Notes under the pieces: generated by a model
Seen by the model: the letters and a program-made list of their open reading frames with translations, nothing else
Told to the model about the DNA's origin: nothing
Database searches by the model: none
Source of the DNA: Mitosporidium daphniae
Lineage: Eukaryota
NCBI RefSeq assembly: GCF_000760515.2
Contig: NW_013546178.1
Span: forward strand, 62,001-94,646
DNA length: 32,646 nucleotides
Direction of reading: 5' to 3'
In this document: positions 32,512 to 32,646 of the stretch, piece after piece
How positions within the stretch are numbered: the first letter of the stretch is position 1
How the letters are laid out: each line of letters begins with the position of its first letter
Translations under genes and position numbers: made by a program

Positions 32512-32646
32512 GATGTCGACTATCGATGTCAATGTTGACGTCGGCTATCGATGTCAATGTTGACGTCGGCTATCGATCTCAATGTTGATTTCGGCTATCG
32601 ATCTCAATGTTGATTTCGGCTATCGATGTCAATGTTGACGTCGGCT
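32512..32646. repeat. 25-bp tandem repeat with internal palindromes (CTATCGATGTCAATGTTGACGTCGG), at least 5 copies, truncated by the window end
   Basis: Unit starts at 32520, 32545, 32570, 32595 and 32620, with two sequence variants in the order A A B B A. Confidence 0.95.

Noticed and set aside
32512..32646. CRISPR array
   Set aside because: Palindromic units abut directly with no unique spacers, there are no cas genes, and the context is eukaryotic.

Overview
Gene-dense eukaryotic DNA with ultra-short GT-AG introns (about 37 inferred, 25-40 nt) and very short intergenic spacers. This architecture, plus mitochondrial-type genes and ATG7, suggests an early-diverging fungal relative such as Rozellomycota or a Mitosporidium-like basal microsporidian (inference). 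After manual splicing the window holds about 19 protein genes: Cdc24-like 3' end, ORC6, TAF9, Tonsoku-like, an orphan secreted Pro/Ser/Thr/Cys-rich protein, Hrp1/Musashi-like RRM protein, RCC1, MRH4/DDX28-like helicase, a GNAT, two tandem PDIs, NOP15, BAR-SH3, a USP, ATG7, MscS, PGC1-like GDPD, MDL1-like ABC transporter and an RRM/zinc-knuckle SR protein. It also holds tRNA-Phe(GAA) and two minisatellites. The most notable element is a roughly 500-nt minus-strand non-coding locus (about 27879-28390) with the hallmarks of a telomerase RNA: a CUAACCCUAA template, an adjacent 5' boundary hairpin, a U-rich H-type pseudoknot and a long core-enclosing helix. All splicing and folding was done by eye and no searches were run.
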